From: Eledone cirrhosa
Lineage: Eukaryota
Assembly (NCBI GenBank): GCA_964016885.1
Contig: OZ024742.1
Location: 125,984,001-126,048,000, forward strand
DNA length: 64,000 nucleotides
Direction of reading: 5' to 3'
Both the position numbers and the translations under genes were made by a program. Within the stretch, counting starts at the first letter, position 1; the number at the start of each line of letters is the position of its first letter. The notes under the pieces are model-generated. The model did no database searches, was not told the origin of the DNA, and worked only from the letters and a program-made list of their open reading frames with translations. This document shows positions 1 to 11,641 of the stretch, in pieces.

Positions 1-471
1 AATAAAACGCAATATTTTATATTCCTTGGATTTCTAAATTTTACTCGGAATATTTCTGTGCGTTTCTTTTTTCAACCGCTTTAACAATACTCCTCGAGGA
101 CATCGAATTGTAAATGATAAATCACGTTTGGTATAGTTGTGGTTGTTGTTGTTGTTAAATTTTATGAAAATATTTAAGTCTTTCGAACAGTTAAATGCTG
201 TTTTAGGTAAAAGTAGTGTAGTCTCTTAATATAATGGACACCCTAATTATTTAAGGTGTTTTCTTTTGTTTTGTAGTTTAGTTGTAGCTTTTTTGTTGTT
301 TTATGCTGTTGTTTTTGTTTTGTTTTTTGTTTATTGTTGTTTTTCTGGTAGTCTAACACGGCTATAATTTAGGTTTAAATACGATAGAGACAAATGACAC
401 AGATGTAGAAATATTTCCCGGTTGTGTTTTCTGTAAAAAGACTGTATAATTAAGTGTTTGCTACCATACTT

Positions 472-815
472 AGGGGCGGCAAATTGGCAGAGTCATTACA
501 ACGTTGGATAGAATAATTTGTAGTATTCATTTCGGCTATCTGCTCTCTCAGTTCAAACCCTGCCGAGGTCAACTTTACCTTTCATCCACTCAAGGTTGAT
601 AAAAAAAATAGTACCAGTCAAGTATTGGGTCGATTCTTCCTATACATCTCTTTCTCATTTCATCCCTCTCACTTTCTATCCTTCTCTGAAAGAAATCTAC
701 TGTATTCAGATCTGGAAAGGATTGGGCTCCGCCAGGTTTAAAAAAGCCCTATAAACGCCGTATATTAATACGGCGCCCATGTGACTCCCTCGGGGGTTAG
801 GGAACCATGCATGCA
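472..815 (+). mobile_element. Composite tRNA-derived SINE (family A head and core, CT-rich linker, structured tail ending in (CATG)n)
   Basis: tRNA-like head with GTTCAAACCC B-box; core ACTTTACCTTTCATCC..GATAAAA..GTACCAGT; 13-bp TSD TGCTACCATACTT at 459-471 and 816-828. Confidence 0.85.
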
Positions 816-1508
816 TGCTACCATACTTCTATCGATGAGAGCATAAAATAATTTTTAAACTAATGAAATTATAACCATCGTGAGAAATAAAGTTATTAGC
901 AGTTATGAAACACTTTGGCAGCTATGATGACAACTCTGGACATGTTTCGGTGCTATTGGACCTCCTCGATGAAGTATAATTCTCTCTCGGCTATATTAGA
1001 TGCTATCTCTCAGAATAATCCAAATAACGATTTGTTATAGTAAACTACAGAATATATTTAGCTATTTTAGTCAACACTGTATATATAGACAGATGTAAAC
1101 ACACTATATATAGGCACAGCATTGTTGTGAACAGAAAAGGAGGGATAAGTCAGGTTTGTTTCAAAGCTGTGAAGAGATTACATCGGCGACTGAGTACTTT
1201 CTTTAACTGTAACACTAAGAGCCTAAATAAATCGGATGTATCATACATTTTTAAGCAACTATTTGCATTAATAAATTCCTTGCGCATTAACATTGGTTTG
1301 CTTTAATCCTATGCTGTACTACAGAAAACTTCTACACATTTTAGCCAATACTGCATGTATAGACATATGTGCGATGTCTTCCTTCGTGAGTAGAAAAAGA
1401 AAGATTAGCCGAATTAGTATTAATATTGTATTAGAATTTCATCAACAACCGTGCAGGCTAATATATATGATCCAAAAATGTTTCAGTGGTGACAATTCTG
1501 TGTTTTAC

Positions 1509-1862
1509 AGGCGGTGAATTGGTAGAGTTGTTAGAACGTCGGAGAGAATGCTTTGCGGTATTCGAATTGGCTCTCTGTTCTCTGAATTCTAATCTCGCCG
1601 AGGTTAACATTGCCTTTCATCCATTCGAGGTCGCTAAAAAAAGCTCCAGTCTAGTACTGGGATCGATTCTTCCTCTAGATCTCTTCCTTACTTCCTCTCT
1701 CTCTCTCTCTCACTCTCCGTCCTTCTCTGGAATAAATCTGTTGTATTCAGACTTGGAGAGGAGATGGGTTCCGCCGTTTTGATGTATGCCCTAGATACGC
1801 CGAGTATCAATGCGGCGCTCTTATGACTCCATCAGGAGTAAAGTGTCCATATATGCATGCAT
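1509..1862 (+). mobile_element. Second, diverged copy of the composite SINE
   Basis: Same head, core, CT linker and tail order as 472-815; ends in ATGCATGCAT. Confidence 0.8.
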
Positions 1863-2539
1863 AGCTATGACAATATTGCCTGTATAATTTCATTTTAAAA
1901 ATTCTGTCATTTCTATGGTGATTTGGCTACTGTTTCTATAGATTTAATCCGTCGCCTGGTTTAAGATCATTACCTGAGGTCGGGATTCTTTTAGACTATA
2001 AAGAACTCTAAAATTTAAAATAATGGAGAGTAACAATGATATAGGATAAGAGAAAGTGTGAGATATATGTGGGGAGATAAGATGACTATAATAATAATTG
2101 AGAGGGGGAAAGTGATAGAATGTGAGAAGTTAAAAAAGGGAAAGGGTGAAAGTGAAAGGGGCTGAAAGTGTGTGAACTAAGTGAACGAGTTTAACGGCCG
2201 GAGAGAGAGAAAGAGAGAAATCAACGCAAGAGAAATAGAGATTGGATAGAAATAAGTAGAATAAGAAGGAGATAGAGACTAGTGTTAGAGGACTGGAGAG
2301 GGGAAAATGTGGGGAAGTGATGAGAGAGAGAGGGGAGAGTGAGTGAGAGACAGAGGGGGGGGCAGAGTGAGAGATAAGAGAATTGAGAGCAATGGGGAAA
2401 GAGAGAGAGAAGCTGGATGAGAGATAAGAAGAGGAAAAATAGAGGAGGAAAGAGAATAAAAGATAGACAAAAAATAATCAGTTGAACTTCTGTCCATATC
2501 TTTGTTTTCTAATTAGTCTTGTCTGTTTTTTAACATTTG

Positions 2540-2604
2540 TTATTGTTGTTATTGTTGTTATTGTTGTTGTTATCGGTAGTGTTGTTGTTGTTGATGTAGT
2601 TGTT

Positions 2605-2639
<35 letters not shown>

Positions 2640-4675
2640 AGTCTAGTTATTATTGTGTAGTTGTTGATGTTACTGTTGGTATAGTTGTGGTTGATGTTAT
2701 TGTTGATGTTGACGTTACCATTGCTATTGCTGTTGTGTTGTTCTTATTGTTCTTATTGACGTCATTGTTATTGTTGTTGACGTTATTGTTATTGTTGACG
2801 TTATTGTTATTGACGTTATTGTTATTGTTAACGTTGTTGTTATTGTTGACGTCATTGTTATTGTTGACGTCATGGTTATTGTTGACGTTGTTGTTGTTAT
2901 TGACGTTATTATTATTGTTGACGTTGTTGTTATTGACGTTATTGTTGACTTTGTTGTTATTGACGTTATTGTTATTGTTGACGTTGTTGTTGGTGACGTT
3001 ATTGTTATTGTATGTTGACGTTGTTTTTATTGACGTTATTGTTATTGTTGACGTTGTGGTTGTTATTGACGTTGTTGTTATTGTTGACGTTGTTGTTATT
3101 GTTGACGTTGTTGATATTGACGTTGTTGTTATTGTTGACGTTGTTGATATTGTTGACGTTGTTGTTATTGTTGACGTTGTTGTTATTGACGTTGTTGTTA
3201 TTGCAACGTTCTTGTTGATATTGACGTTATTGTTATTGTTGACGTTGTTGATATTTACGTTATTGTTATTGTATGTTGACGTTGTTTTTATTGACGTTAT
3301 TGTTATTGTTGACGTTGTGGTTGTTATTGACGTTGTTGTTATTGTTGACGTTGTTGTTATTGTTGACGTTGTTGATATTGACGTTGTTGTTATTGTTGAC
3401 GTTGTTGATATTGTTGACGTTGTTGTTATTGTTGACGTTGTTGTTATTGACGTTGTTGTTATTGCAACGTTCTTGTTGATATTGACGTTATTGTTATTGT
3501 TGACGTTGTTGATATTTACGTTATTGTTATTATTGACGTTGTTGTTATTGTTGACGTTATTGTTATTGTTGACGTTGTTGTTATTGTTGACGTTATTGTT
3601 ATTGTTGACGTTGTTGATATTGACGTTATTGTTATTGTTGACGTTATTGTTATTGTTGACATTATTGTTATTGTGGACGTTGTTGTTGATATTGACGATA
3701 TTGTTATTGTTGACGTTGTTGTTATTGTTGACGTTATTGTTATTGTTGACGTTATTGTTGATATTGACGTTATTGTTATTGTTGACGTTGTTGATATTGA
3801 CGTTGTTGTTATTGTTGACGTTGTTGTTATTGTTGACGTTGTTGTTATTGACGTTATTGTTATTGTTGACGTTGTTGTTATTGTTGATATTCAGTTTATA
3901 TTGCTGACGTTGTTGTTGATATTGACCTTACTGTTATTTTTGACGTTGTTGTTGATAATGACGTCATTGTTATTGTTGACGTTGTTGTTGATATTGACGT
4001 CGTCGTTATTGTTGACATTGTAGTTGTTATTGACGTTATTGTTATTGTTGACATTGTAGTTGATATTGACGTTATTGTTATTGTTGACATTGTAGTTGTT
4101 ATTGACGTTATTGTTATTGTTGACATTGTAGTTGATATTGACGTCGTCGTTATTGTTGACATTGTAGTTGATATTGACGTTATTGTTATTGTTGACATTG
4201 TAGTTGTTATTGACGTTATTGTTATTGTTGACATTGTAGTTGATATTGACGTTATTGTTATTATTGACATTGTAGTTGTTATTGACGTTATTGTTATTGT
4301 TGACGTTGTTGTTGTTATTGACGTTATTGTTATTATTGACATTGTAGTTGTTATTGACGTTATTGTTATTGTTGACATTGTAGTTGATATTGACGTTATT
4401 GTTATTGTTGACATTGTAGTTGTTATTGACGTCGTCGTTATTGTTGACATTGTAGTTGATATTGACGTTATTGTTATTGTTGACATTGTAGTTGATATTG
4501 ACGTTATTGTTATTGTTGACATTGTAGTTGTTATTGACGTTATTGTTATTGTTGACATTGTAGTTGTTATTGACGTTATTGTTATTGTTGACATTGTAGT
4601 TGTTATTGACGTTATTGTTATTGTTGACATTGTAGTTGTTATTGACGTTATTGTTATTGTTGACGTTGTTGTTGC
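2540..4675. repeat. GTT/ATT/GAC-based compound minisatellite (TTGTTATTGTTGACG-like units, ~33-bp higher-order unit from ~4000)
   Basis: Direct reading; generates spurious poly-L/V/D/T ORFs. Confidence 0.95.
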
Positions 4676-4749
4676 TTATTATTTTCGTCGTTGTTGCTTT
4701 TTATCTTTGTTATTTCTTTTTCTTATCTGTTTACTTCATATCATGTTTA

Positions 4750-5025
4750 TCCTTGTTGTTCTTCTTCTTTTTCTGCTTTTTCTTCATCTTCTTCTTTTTC
4801 TGCTTCTTTTTTTTCTTTTTCTTTTTATAAAAATAATGAAATTATTGTGTACAGTGCTCAGGTGCACTACAACAAATACTTCTTGTTCTTTTTCTTTTGC
4901 TTCTTTTTTCTTCTTCTTCTTGTTCTTCGTTTTCTTCTTCTTTTTCGTCTTCTTCTTTTTCTTCTTTTATTCTACTCTTTCTTCTTTTTCTTCTGCAGCT
5001 GCTGTTGTTGTTCTCTCTCTCTCTC

Positions 5026-5099
<74 letters not shown>

Positions 5100-5431
5100 T
5101 ATAGTATTTCTTGATTTTCAGTTTCAATCAATAAACAACGCCACTGTTATTTATTGGGAGACAGGAAAGAAAACAAATAATAACACTAATACTACTAATA
5201 ATGATAACAATAATAACAATAACGATAATAATAAAACTAATGATGGAGTCGGTCTTTTAATTTATGACATTCAAGAATGTAATGGGTGGAATTTTAAGAG
5301 AGACAACGTTACTTGTTTCTTTAACTTTAATATTTGTTGTTGTTATTATTATTGTTGCTATTGTTGTTGTTGTTGTTCTTCTTCTTCTTCTTCTTCTTCT
5401 TCTTCTTCTTCTTCTTCTTCTTCTTCTTCTT

Positions 5432-5463
<32 letters not shown>

Positions 5464-6182
5464 TCTTCGTTGTCGTCTTCCTCACCTTCTTCTTCTCCTT
5501 CGTCTTCTTTTTCCTTCTTATTTTTCTTCTTTTCCTTCTTCTTTTGCTTTTTTTTTCTTCTTCTTCGTCTTCTTCTTTTCCTTCTCCTTCTTCTTCTTCT
5601 TTTCCTTCTTCTTCTTCTTCTTCTCCTTCTTTCCCTTCTTCTTTTTCTTCTTCTTCTCCTTCTTCTTTTCCTTCTTCTTCTCCTTCTTTTCCTTCTTCTT
5701 CTTCTTCTTCTTCTTTTTCTTCTTCTTTTCCTTCTTCTTCTTCTCCTTCTTCTTCTTCTTTTTCTTTTTTCTTCTTTTTCTTCTTCTTTTTTTCCTCTCC
5801 TTCTTCTCCTTCCTCTTCTTCTTCTTCTTTTTATTTTCCTTCTTCCTCTCCTTCTTCTTCTTCTTCTTCTTCTTCTTCTACCTCTTCTCCTTTTCCTTCT
5901 TTTTTCTTCTTCTTTTTCTTCTTTTCCTTATTCTTCCTTTCTTCTTTTTTCCATCTTCTTTTGCTTCTTCTTCTTCTTCTCCTTCTCCTTTTTTCTTCTT
6001 CTTTTTTCTTCTTTTTCTTCCTTTTCTTCTTTTTCTTCTTTTTCTTCTTCTTCGTCTTCTTCTTCTCCTTCTTCTCCTTCTTCTTCTTCTTCTTCTTCTT
6101 CTCCTTCTCCTTGTTCTTCTTCTTCTTCACCTTCTTTTTTTTCTTCTTTTTCTTCTTCTTTTTCTTCTTTTTCTTCTTCTTC

Positions 6183-6223
<41 letters not shown>

Positions 6224-6360
6224 TTCCTTCTTCTCCTTCTTCTCCTTCTTCTCCTTCTTCTCCTTCTTCTCCTTCTTCGTCTCCTCTTCCTTCTTCTTCT
6301 TCTCCTTCTTCTCCTTCTTCTCCTTCTTCTTCTTCTTATTATTATTATTATTATTGTTAT
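4750..6360. repeat. Low-complexity (CTT)n/(CT)n/(ATT)n tract
   Basis: Direct reading; (CT)n at ~5011-5096. Confidence 0.9.
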
Positions 6361-6364
6361 TGTT

Positions 6365-7833
6365 ATTCCTTGAATCTCAGTCATTGATGTTGGTTAACTG
6401 GAAAGTCCGTTGGATTGAATATCAAGCCACTACCTGCAGCCTCAGATATTCAGGACGTATCGGAGGGTTCTTGCTGTTCCAAGCAAGCATGCCTTTTGAA
6501 GCGTTCCAAAAAGCGTGAAGGGGCCGATTTTCTTTAACCATCCCTGGAAACTTTTGGAGATAGTCCCCAGTGCGCCTATGACAATCGGGATCACTTTGAC
6601 TTCATGGCAGTTCCAAATCCTTTTCACCTCCCACTTTAGGTCCTGGTATCGGTTAATTTTCTCCCTCTCCTTCTCTTGCACTCTCGTGTCGAACGGGCAG
6701 GCCACATCCACAATCAGGCACGATCTTTTTTCTTTGTCCACAACCACCAGGTCAGGTCTATTGTGTTCCAGTTTTTTGTCCGTCTGTATCCTAAAATCCC
6801 ACAGCACCTTCACCTGATTGTTCTCCATCACCGCCTCTGGCCTATGCTCATACCATTTCTCAGAATGTGGTAGATTGTTTACTTTGCACAGGTGCCAGTG
6901 GATCACCCTGCCCATCACATCGTGTCTCCAGCCCTTATAGTGGGTCTGGGCTAGGTGTTTACACTCGGACACAATGTGAGCCACAGTCTCCTCTCTCTCT
7001 CCACAGATCCTGCACAGTGGGCTAGCCTCCTCCTTGTAGATATGGTGCTTCAACCACTTCGTTTTGAGGGCCTGCTCCTGCGCAGCCATTAGCATTCCTT
7101 CTGTAGCCTTTTTGAGGTCTCCTCTTCTCAACCAGTTCCATGTCTGTGGATCTCTAAATTCAGTTTTCTCAAAGAAGGTACTATGAAGGGATTTTCCCTT
7201 AAGGCTGCTCTTCCTCCTTGATGTTATTTCCTCCTTGGACATCCCCTGGCCTACTGTCCCCTCCTTCAGTACAGTTCTGAGCATTGGCTCCTTACTATAG
7301 GTCACGTATTTGTATAGGTTGTTTTTCTCCATCTGAACACAGTCCTCTATGCTGATAAGACCTCTTCCACCCTCAGATCTCCTTAGGTAGAGTCTATCGA
7401 CATCACTCCTCTTGTGGAACATGTTGTAGATAGTCAATAGCTTCCTAGTCTTCCTATCCATTTCTTTTTGTTCAGCAACATTCCATCTCAGAATTCCCGC
7501 ACTGTACCTAATAATAGACACAGCTCGGGAATTTACTGCGCTTATGGCATTTCTGCTGTTCAGATGTGACTTCAATACGCTCCTTACTCTCCGAATGTAT
7601 TCAGTTCTTAACAATTCCTTCATTTTTTTTTGTTCTTTATGCCATCAGCCTCCAGAACGCCCAAATACTTGTATCCTTCCTCAGAGTCAATTTCCTTTAT
7701 CATCTCACCTATTGGTATCTGGATCCCGTTACTTCTGCTCAACCTATCCCTCTTCATCACAATGACTCCACATTTACCAATACCAAACTGCATACATATA
7801 TCACTGCTGAAAATACGGACAGTGTCAACAGTG
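6365..7833 (-). mobile_element. 5'-truncated R4/Dong-clade non-LTR retrotransposon (RT C-terminus, CCHC zinc knuckle, restriction-like endonuclease)
   Basis: ORF 6442-7623 has CRICGEREETVAHIVSEC, RHD and RPDLVVVD..DVACP..EK..Y motifs; the upstream frameshifted RT part reads MQFGIGKC..GYKYLG; the 3' end abuts an (AAT)n tract. Confidence 0.9.
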
Positions 7834-8206
7834 TCTCCTTCCTCTTCTTCTTCTTCTTTTTATTTTCCTTCTTCCTCTCCTTCTTCTTCTTCTTCTTCTT
7901 CTTCTTCTACTTCTTCTCCTTTTCCTTCTTTTTTCTTCTTCTTTTTCTTCTTTTCCTTATTCTTCCTTTCTTCTTTTTTTCCATCTTCTTTTGCTTCTTC
8001 TTCTTCTCCTTCTCCTTTTTTCTTCTTCTTTTTTCTTCTTTTTCTTCCTTTTCTTCTTTTTCTTCTTTTTCTTCTTCTTCGTCTTCTTCTTCTCCTTCTT
8101 CTCCTTCTTCTTCTTCTTCTCCTTCTCCTTCTTCTTCTTCTTCTTCACCTTCTTCTTTTTCTTCTTTTTCTTCTTTTTCTTCTTCTTTTTCTTCTTTTTC
8201 TTCTTC

Positions 8207-8247
<41 letters not shown>

Positions 8248-8377
8248 TTCCTTCTTCTCCTTCTTCTCCTTCTTCTCCTTCTTCTCCTTCTTCTCCTTCT
8301 TCTCCTTCTTCTCCTTCTTCGTCTCCTCTTCCTTCTTCTTCTTCTTCTCCTTCTTCTCCTTCTTCTCCTTCTTCTTC

Positions 8378-8433
<56 letters not shown>
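7834..8433. repeat. Second copy of the CTT/ATT-rich block at 5805-6355
   Basis: Non-periodic segments match in order (TCTCCTTCCTCTTCTTC..TTTTATTTTCC..CCATCTTCTTTTGCTTC..CGTCTCCTCTTCC..(ATT)n). Confidence 0.85.
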
Positions 8434-8434
<1 letters not shown>

Positions 8435-8624
8435 TCCTTTCTTCTTTTTCTTTTTCTTTTTCTTCTTCTTCTTCTTCTTCTTTTTCAGTTTCTGTGAATT
8501 TTCCCTTTTTCTCTGTTTTTCTTTCATTTTCTTTTAATTCCTTTCTTTACCCAGCATTTATTACTTTTCACTAATTTTCTATCTTAATTATTTAGATTTG
8601 AACTTGTTATTTTTCCGTTGCTGC

Positions 8625-8815
8625 TATTGTTGATGATGGTCATGATGATGATGATCATGATGCCGCTGATGATGGTGATGATGGTGATGATGATGATGGT
8701 GATGGTGGTGGTGACGGGGTTGAAAATAATGGTGAGGATTATGATGATGGTTGTGGTGGTGGTGGTGGTGGTGGTGGTGGTGGTGGTGGTGGTGGTGGTG
8801 GTGGTGGTGGTGGTT

Positions 8816-8851
<36 letters not shown>

Positions 8852-9170
8852 GGGTAGCGGTGAGGGTGGCGGGAGGGTGATGATGATGATGGTGGTGGTG
8901 GTGGTGGTGTTGATTATGACGATGATGATGGGGTAGCGGTGAGGGTGGCGGGAGGGTGATAATGATGATTATGATGATGATGATCATGATGATGATGATG
9001 GTGGTGGTTGTGGTGGTGGTGTTGGTGATTATGATGATGATGATGATGATGATGGTAGTGATGAGGTTGGCGGGAGGGTGATAATAATGATGACGATGAT
9101 GGTAGTGGTGGTGGTGGTGGTGATTATGATAATGATTGTCATAATGATGATGGTGATGATGATGATGGTG
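8625..9170. repeat. (ATG)n/(GGT)n microsatellite cluster
   Basis: Direct reading. Confidence 0.9.
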
Positions 9171-9302
9171 CTTCTTCTGTTGGAAGAATCGGTAGATTCG
9201 TTTATGATATTTAGTTATGTCATTGAATGTTTTTAGTTCAAATACCATCTCAGTACATGTTGTCCTTATCCCTTTAAATCACATTAGACATCAACATAAT
9301 TA

Positions 9303-9545
9303 TTCAAAATACCGGTCGCTCTCCGACAGGCTTGCGGTTGTATCCTTGGCAGTGGAGACTTCTGGTGTCTTCGGCCCTAGGGCTACTTCCTTACTCACCA
9401 GCATAGGCGCTGAGCTGGCCAACCGCAGGTGTGAGCCTTGCGAGCTGGAATGGCTTTTCCAGCGCGTCTCCTTTGCCGTCCTCCGAAGAAACGCCTTCTC
9501 CATTCTGTCCGCCAGGGCTGTGGGGAAGCCACCGATATGATTGAC
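9303..9545 (+). mobile_element. 3' fragment of a CRE-like RLE non-LTR retrotransposon
   Basis: KYRSLSDR..LAVETSGVFGP..WLFQRVSFAVLRRNA matches the C-terminal signature (AVETxGxxG..QRxSxAxxRGNA) of CRE-type elements. Confidence 0.7.
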
Positions 9546-9692
9546 TGACTTGTCATTTTATCAGTCAGATACTCAGTCATCCACTCTTCTACTCACTCGG
9601 CCCTGATGATTGTTAGTAAGCTGTTGATATTGGTTACAGTTGATGGGGAATGATTATAGAAATTGGCTGGAATTACCCACATTGTTATTGCT

Positions 9693-9825
9693 CGGCTGTG
9701 AATTGGTAGAGTGGTCAGAACGTCGGATTAAATGTTTCGCAATATATCTTCCAGCTCTCAGATCAAATCATACCGAACTTAACTTTACCTTTCATCCTTT
9801 CGCTGTTGATAAAATACCTGTCCAG
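9693..9825 (+). mobile_element. SINE family A, degraded
   Basis: GGCTGTGAATTGGTAGAGTGG head and ACTTTACCTTTCATCCTTTCG core. Confidence 0.7.
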
Positions 9826-9875
9826 TGTGATGGGTTTGTGTAATTGGTACGACACAGCAAGGGCGCATGACTTAG

Positions 9876-10012
9876 CGCATGGCTTAGTGGTTAGAACATT
9901 GGGCTTGCAATCGAAAGGTTGTGAGTTCAATTCTCGGACCGGGTGATGTGTTGTTTCCTTGAGCAAGACACTTTATTTCACGTTGCTCCAGTTTACTCAG
10001 CTGTAGAAATGA
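9876..10012 (+). mobile_element. tRNA-derived CORE-like SINE (family B)
   Basis: TGGCTTAGTGG A-box, GAGTTCAATTC B-box, CCTTGAGCAAGACACTT CORE-like motif. Confidence 0.8.
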
Positions 10013-10132
10013 CATGATAGGACTGGGGTCCCTATCATTAAATCACCCAAGACACCTCCAGCGATATATACCTTGGAGGAGGCTAGCTAAACCGGCATAG
10101 GTGTGAGCTGTCACACACACACATGCGCGCAT

Positions 10133-10188
<56 letters not shown>

Positions 10189-10656
10189 CAAGGGGGCTTC
10201 AAAGTATATCTCACGGGGTCGAAAAATAAAGTACAAGGAACGCACTGGGGTTGATTTAATCGAGTTTCCCCTCCCACAAAATTGTTGTCCCCTGTGCCTC
10301 AATCAGAAACCATTATTCCCGTGGATCGACTCTCTGTGAATTTGAAAAGGTATTTTTGTTTGTTAGCCCGTTTAGAGAAGTGCTGCTATATATTTGTGTT
10401 ATTGGTGTGACAATGGACATTTCATTTTACGTGACAAATCATAGCATTTTGTCGACCTCTCCCATATAGAACTGAACTGATATTAACAAAGACTGGTTTT
10501 TTGTTGTTTTTATCAGAAGTTCAAAGAATGACAAAGAATAGGAAGTGAGGCGAAAAAATTTACTAAAAGAACTAGAGGGGATAGAAAAATTATTTCATAC
10601 TTAAACGAGTTTTCCTCCACTCATTCAATGTTTACACACACACACACGTACATACA

Positions 10657-10716
<60 letters not shown>

Positions 10717-10979
10717 GGAAAAGAATGAAACGAAATTTCCTTTCTCACTCTTAGTACGGCTGATACCTAAATATAAGTATGTATACGTACATACATATAT
10801 GTGTACAGACGCACAGTAGTATGTATATATATACATACATGCACACATATATATATGTACGTATGGGTTTACCGAACATTTATTATAATGTTCGGTTTGT
10901 TTGTAAACAAACAGCCCGAATTACGCCGTACAGTGCTCGGCAACTATCGTCGCCCTTTTGTTCAACACTGACACAGGAA

Positions 10980-11020
10980 CGATGTACTAGTTTCAAGCTT
11001 ATTAGCTATCGTCAGCATCG
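10980..11020 (-). ncRNA. Minimal type I hammerhead ribozyme
   Basis: Minus strand reads CGAUG-CUGACGA-UAGCUAAUAAGCUU-GAAA-CUAG-UA^CAUCG: perfect stem I, complete core, palindromic stem-III loop. Confidence 0.8.
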
Positions 11021-11641
11021 TATACCTTTCTGTCAGATGATTGAACGTCTGAAAGTATATACTTTCCTTATGCATATTAACGGCTGAGCAGCCTAATTTG
11101 CATATCGAGTGAGTTAGTCGGCCGGGCATACCGAAAACGATAAATGGAAAAGAATGAAACGAAATTTCATTTCTCACTCTTAGTGCGGCTGATACCTAAA
11201 TACCTGACGATAGCTAATAATCTTGAAACTAGTACATCGTTCCTGTGTCAGTAGGAATGTGTGTGTACGTGTGTGCGGGGGGGGGGGGGGGTTATTTTAA
11301 CATGTTGAAACATATTTTTCAGCTCTTGTCTTATACGGAGTAGTGTGTGTGTGTATGTCTGTCTGTATGTTAGTGTGCGCGTGTGCATGCGTGTGTGTGT
11401 GGATGGACCAGTATTTTTGTGGTACTGGTAAAAATGGCGTACATTATTCGATATTTTCAGTCATTTGCAAAACGATTCTCTCAAAAGAACATCAATAACA
11501 TCAATAACCTCATTTCAATAATGAAATGATGTATAGTATTGTCGTAACAAAATGGCGTGTGTGAGTCCAGGTTGGGAGTTGGTTCTGCACTAGTTAAATT
11601 GATAATTTGTATTACTCTCGGTTTCTCCTCCCTGTCTTGTG

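Noticed and set aside
2687-6518. Long ORFs of 244-496 aa (poly-L/V/F/S/T)
   Set aside because: Stop-free frames produced by trinucleotide-based repeats; several overlapping frames are open and no domain is present.
9876-9960. tRNA-like sequences here and at ~18890, ~25340, ~60960
   Set aside because: They are SINE heads: each continues into the SINE core and lacks a complete cloverleaf acceptor stem.
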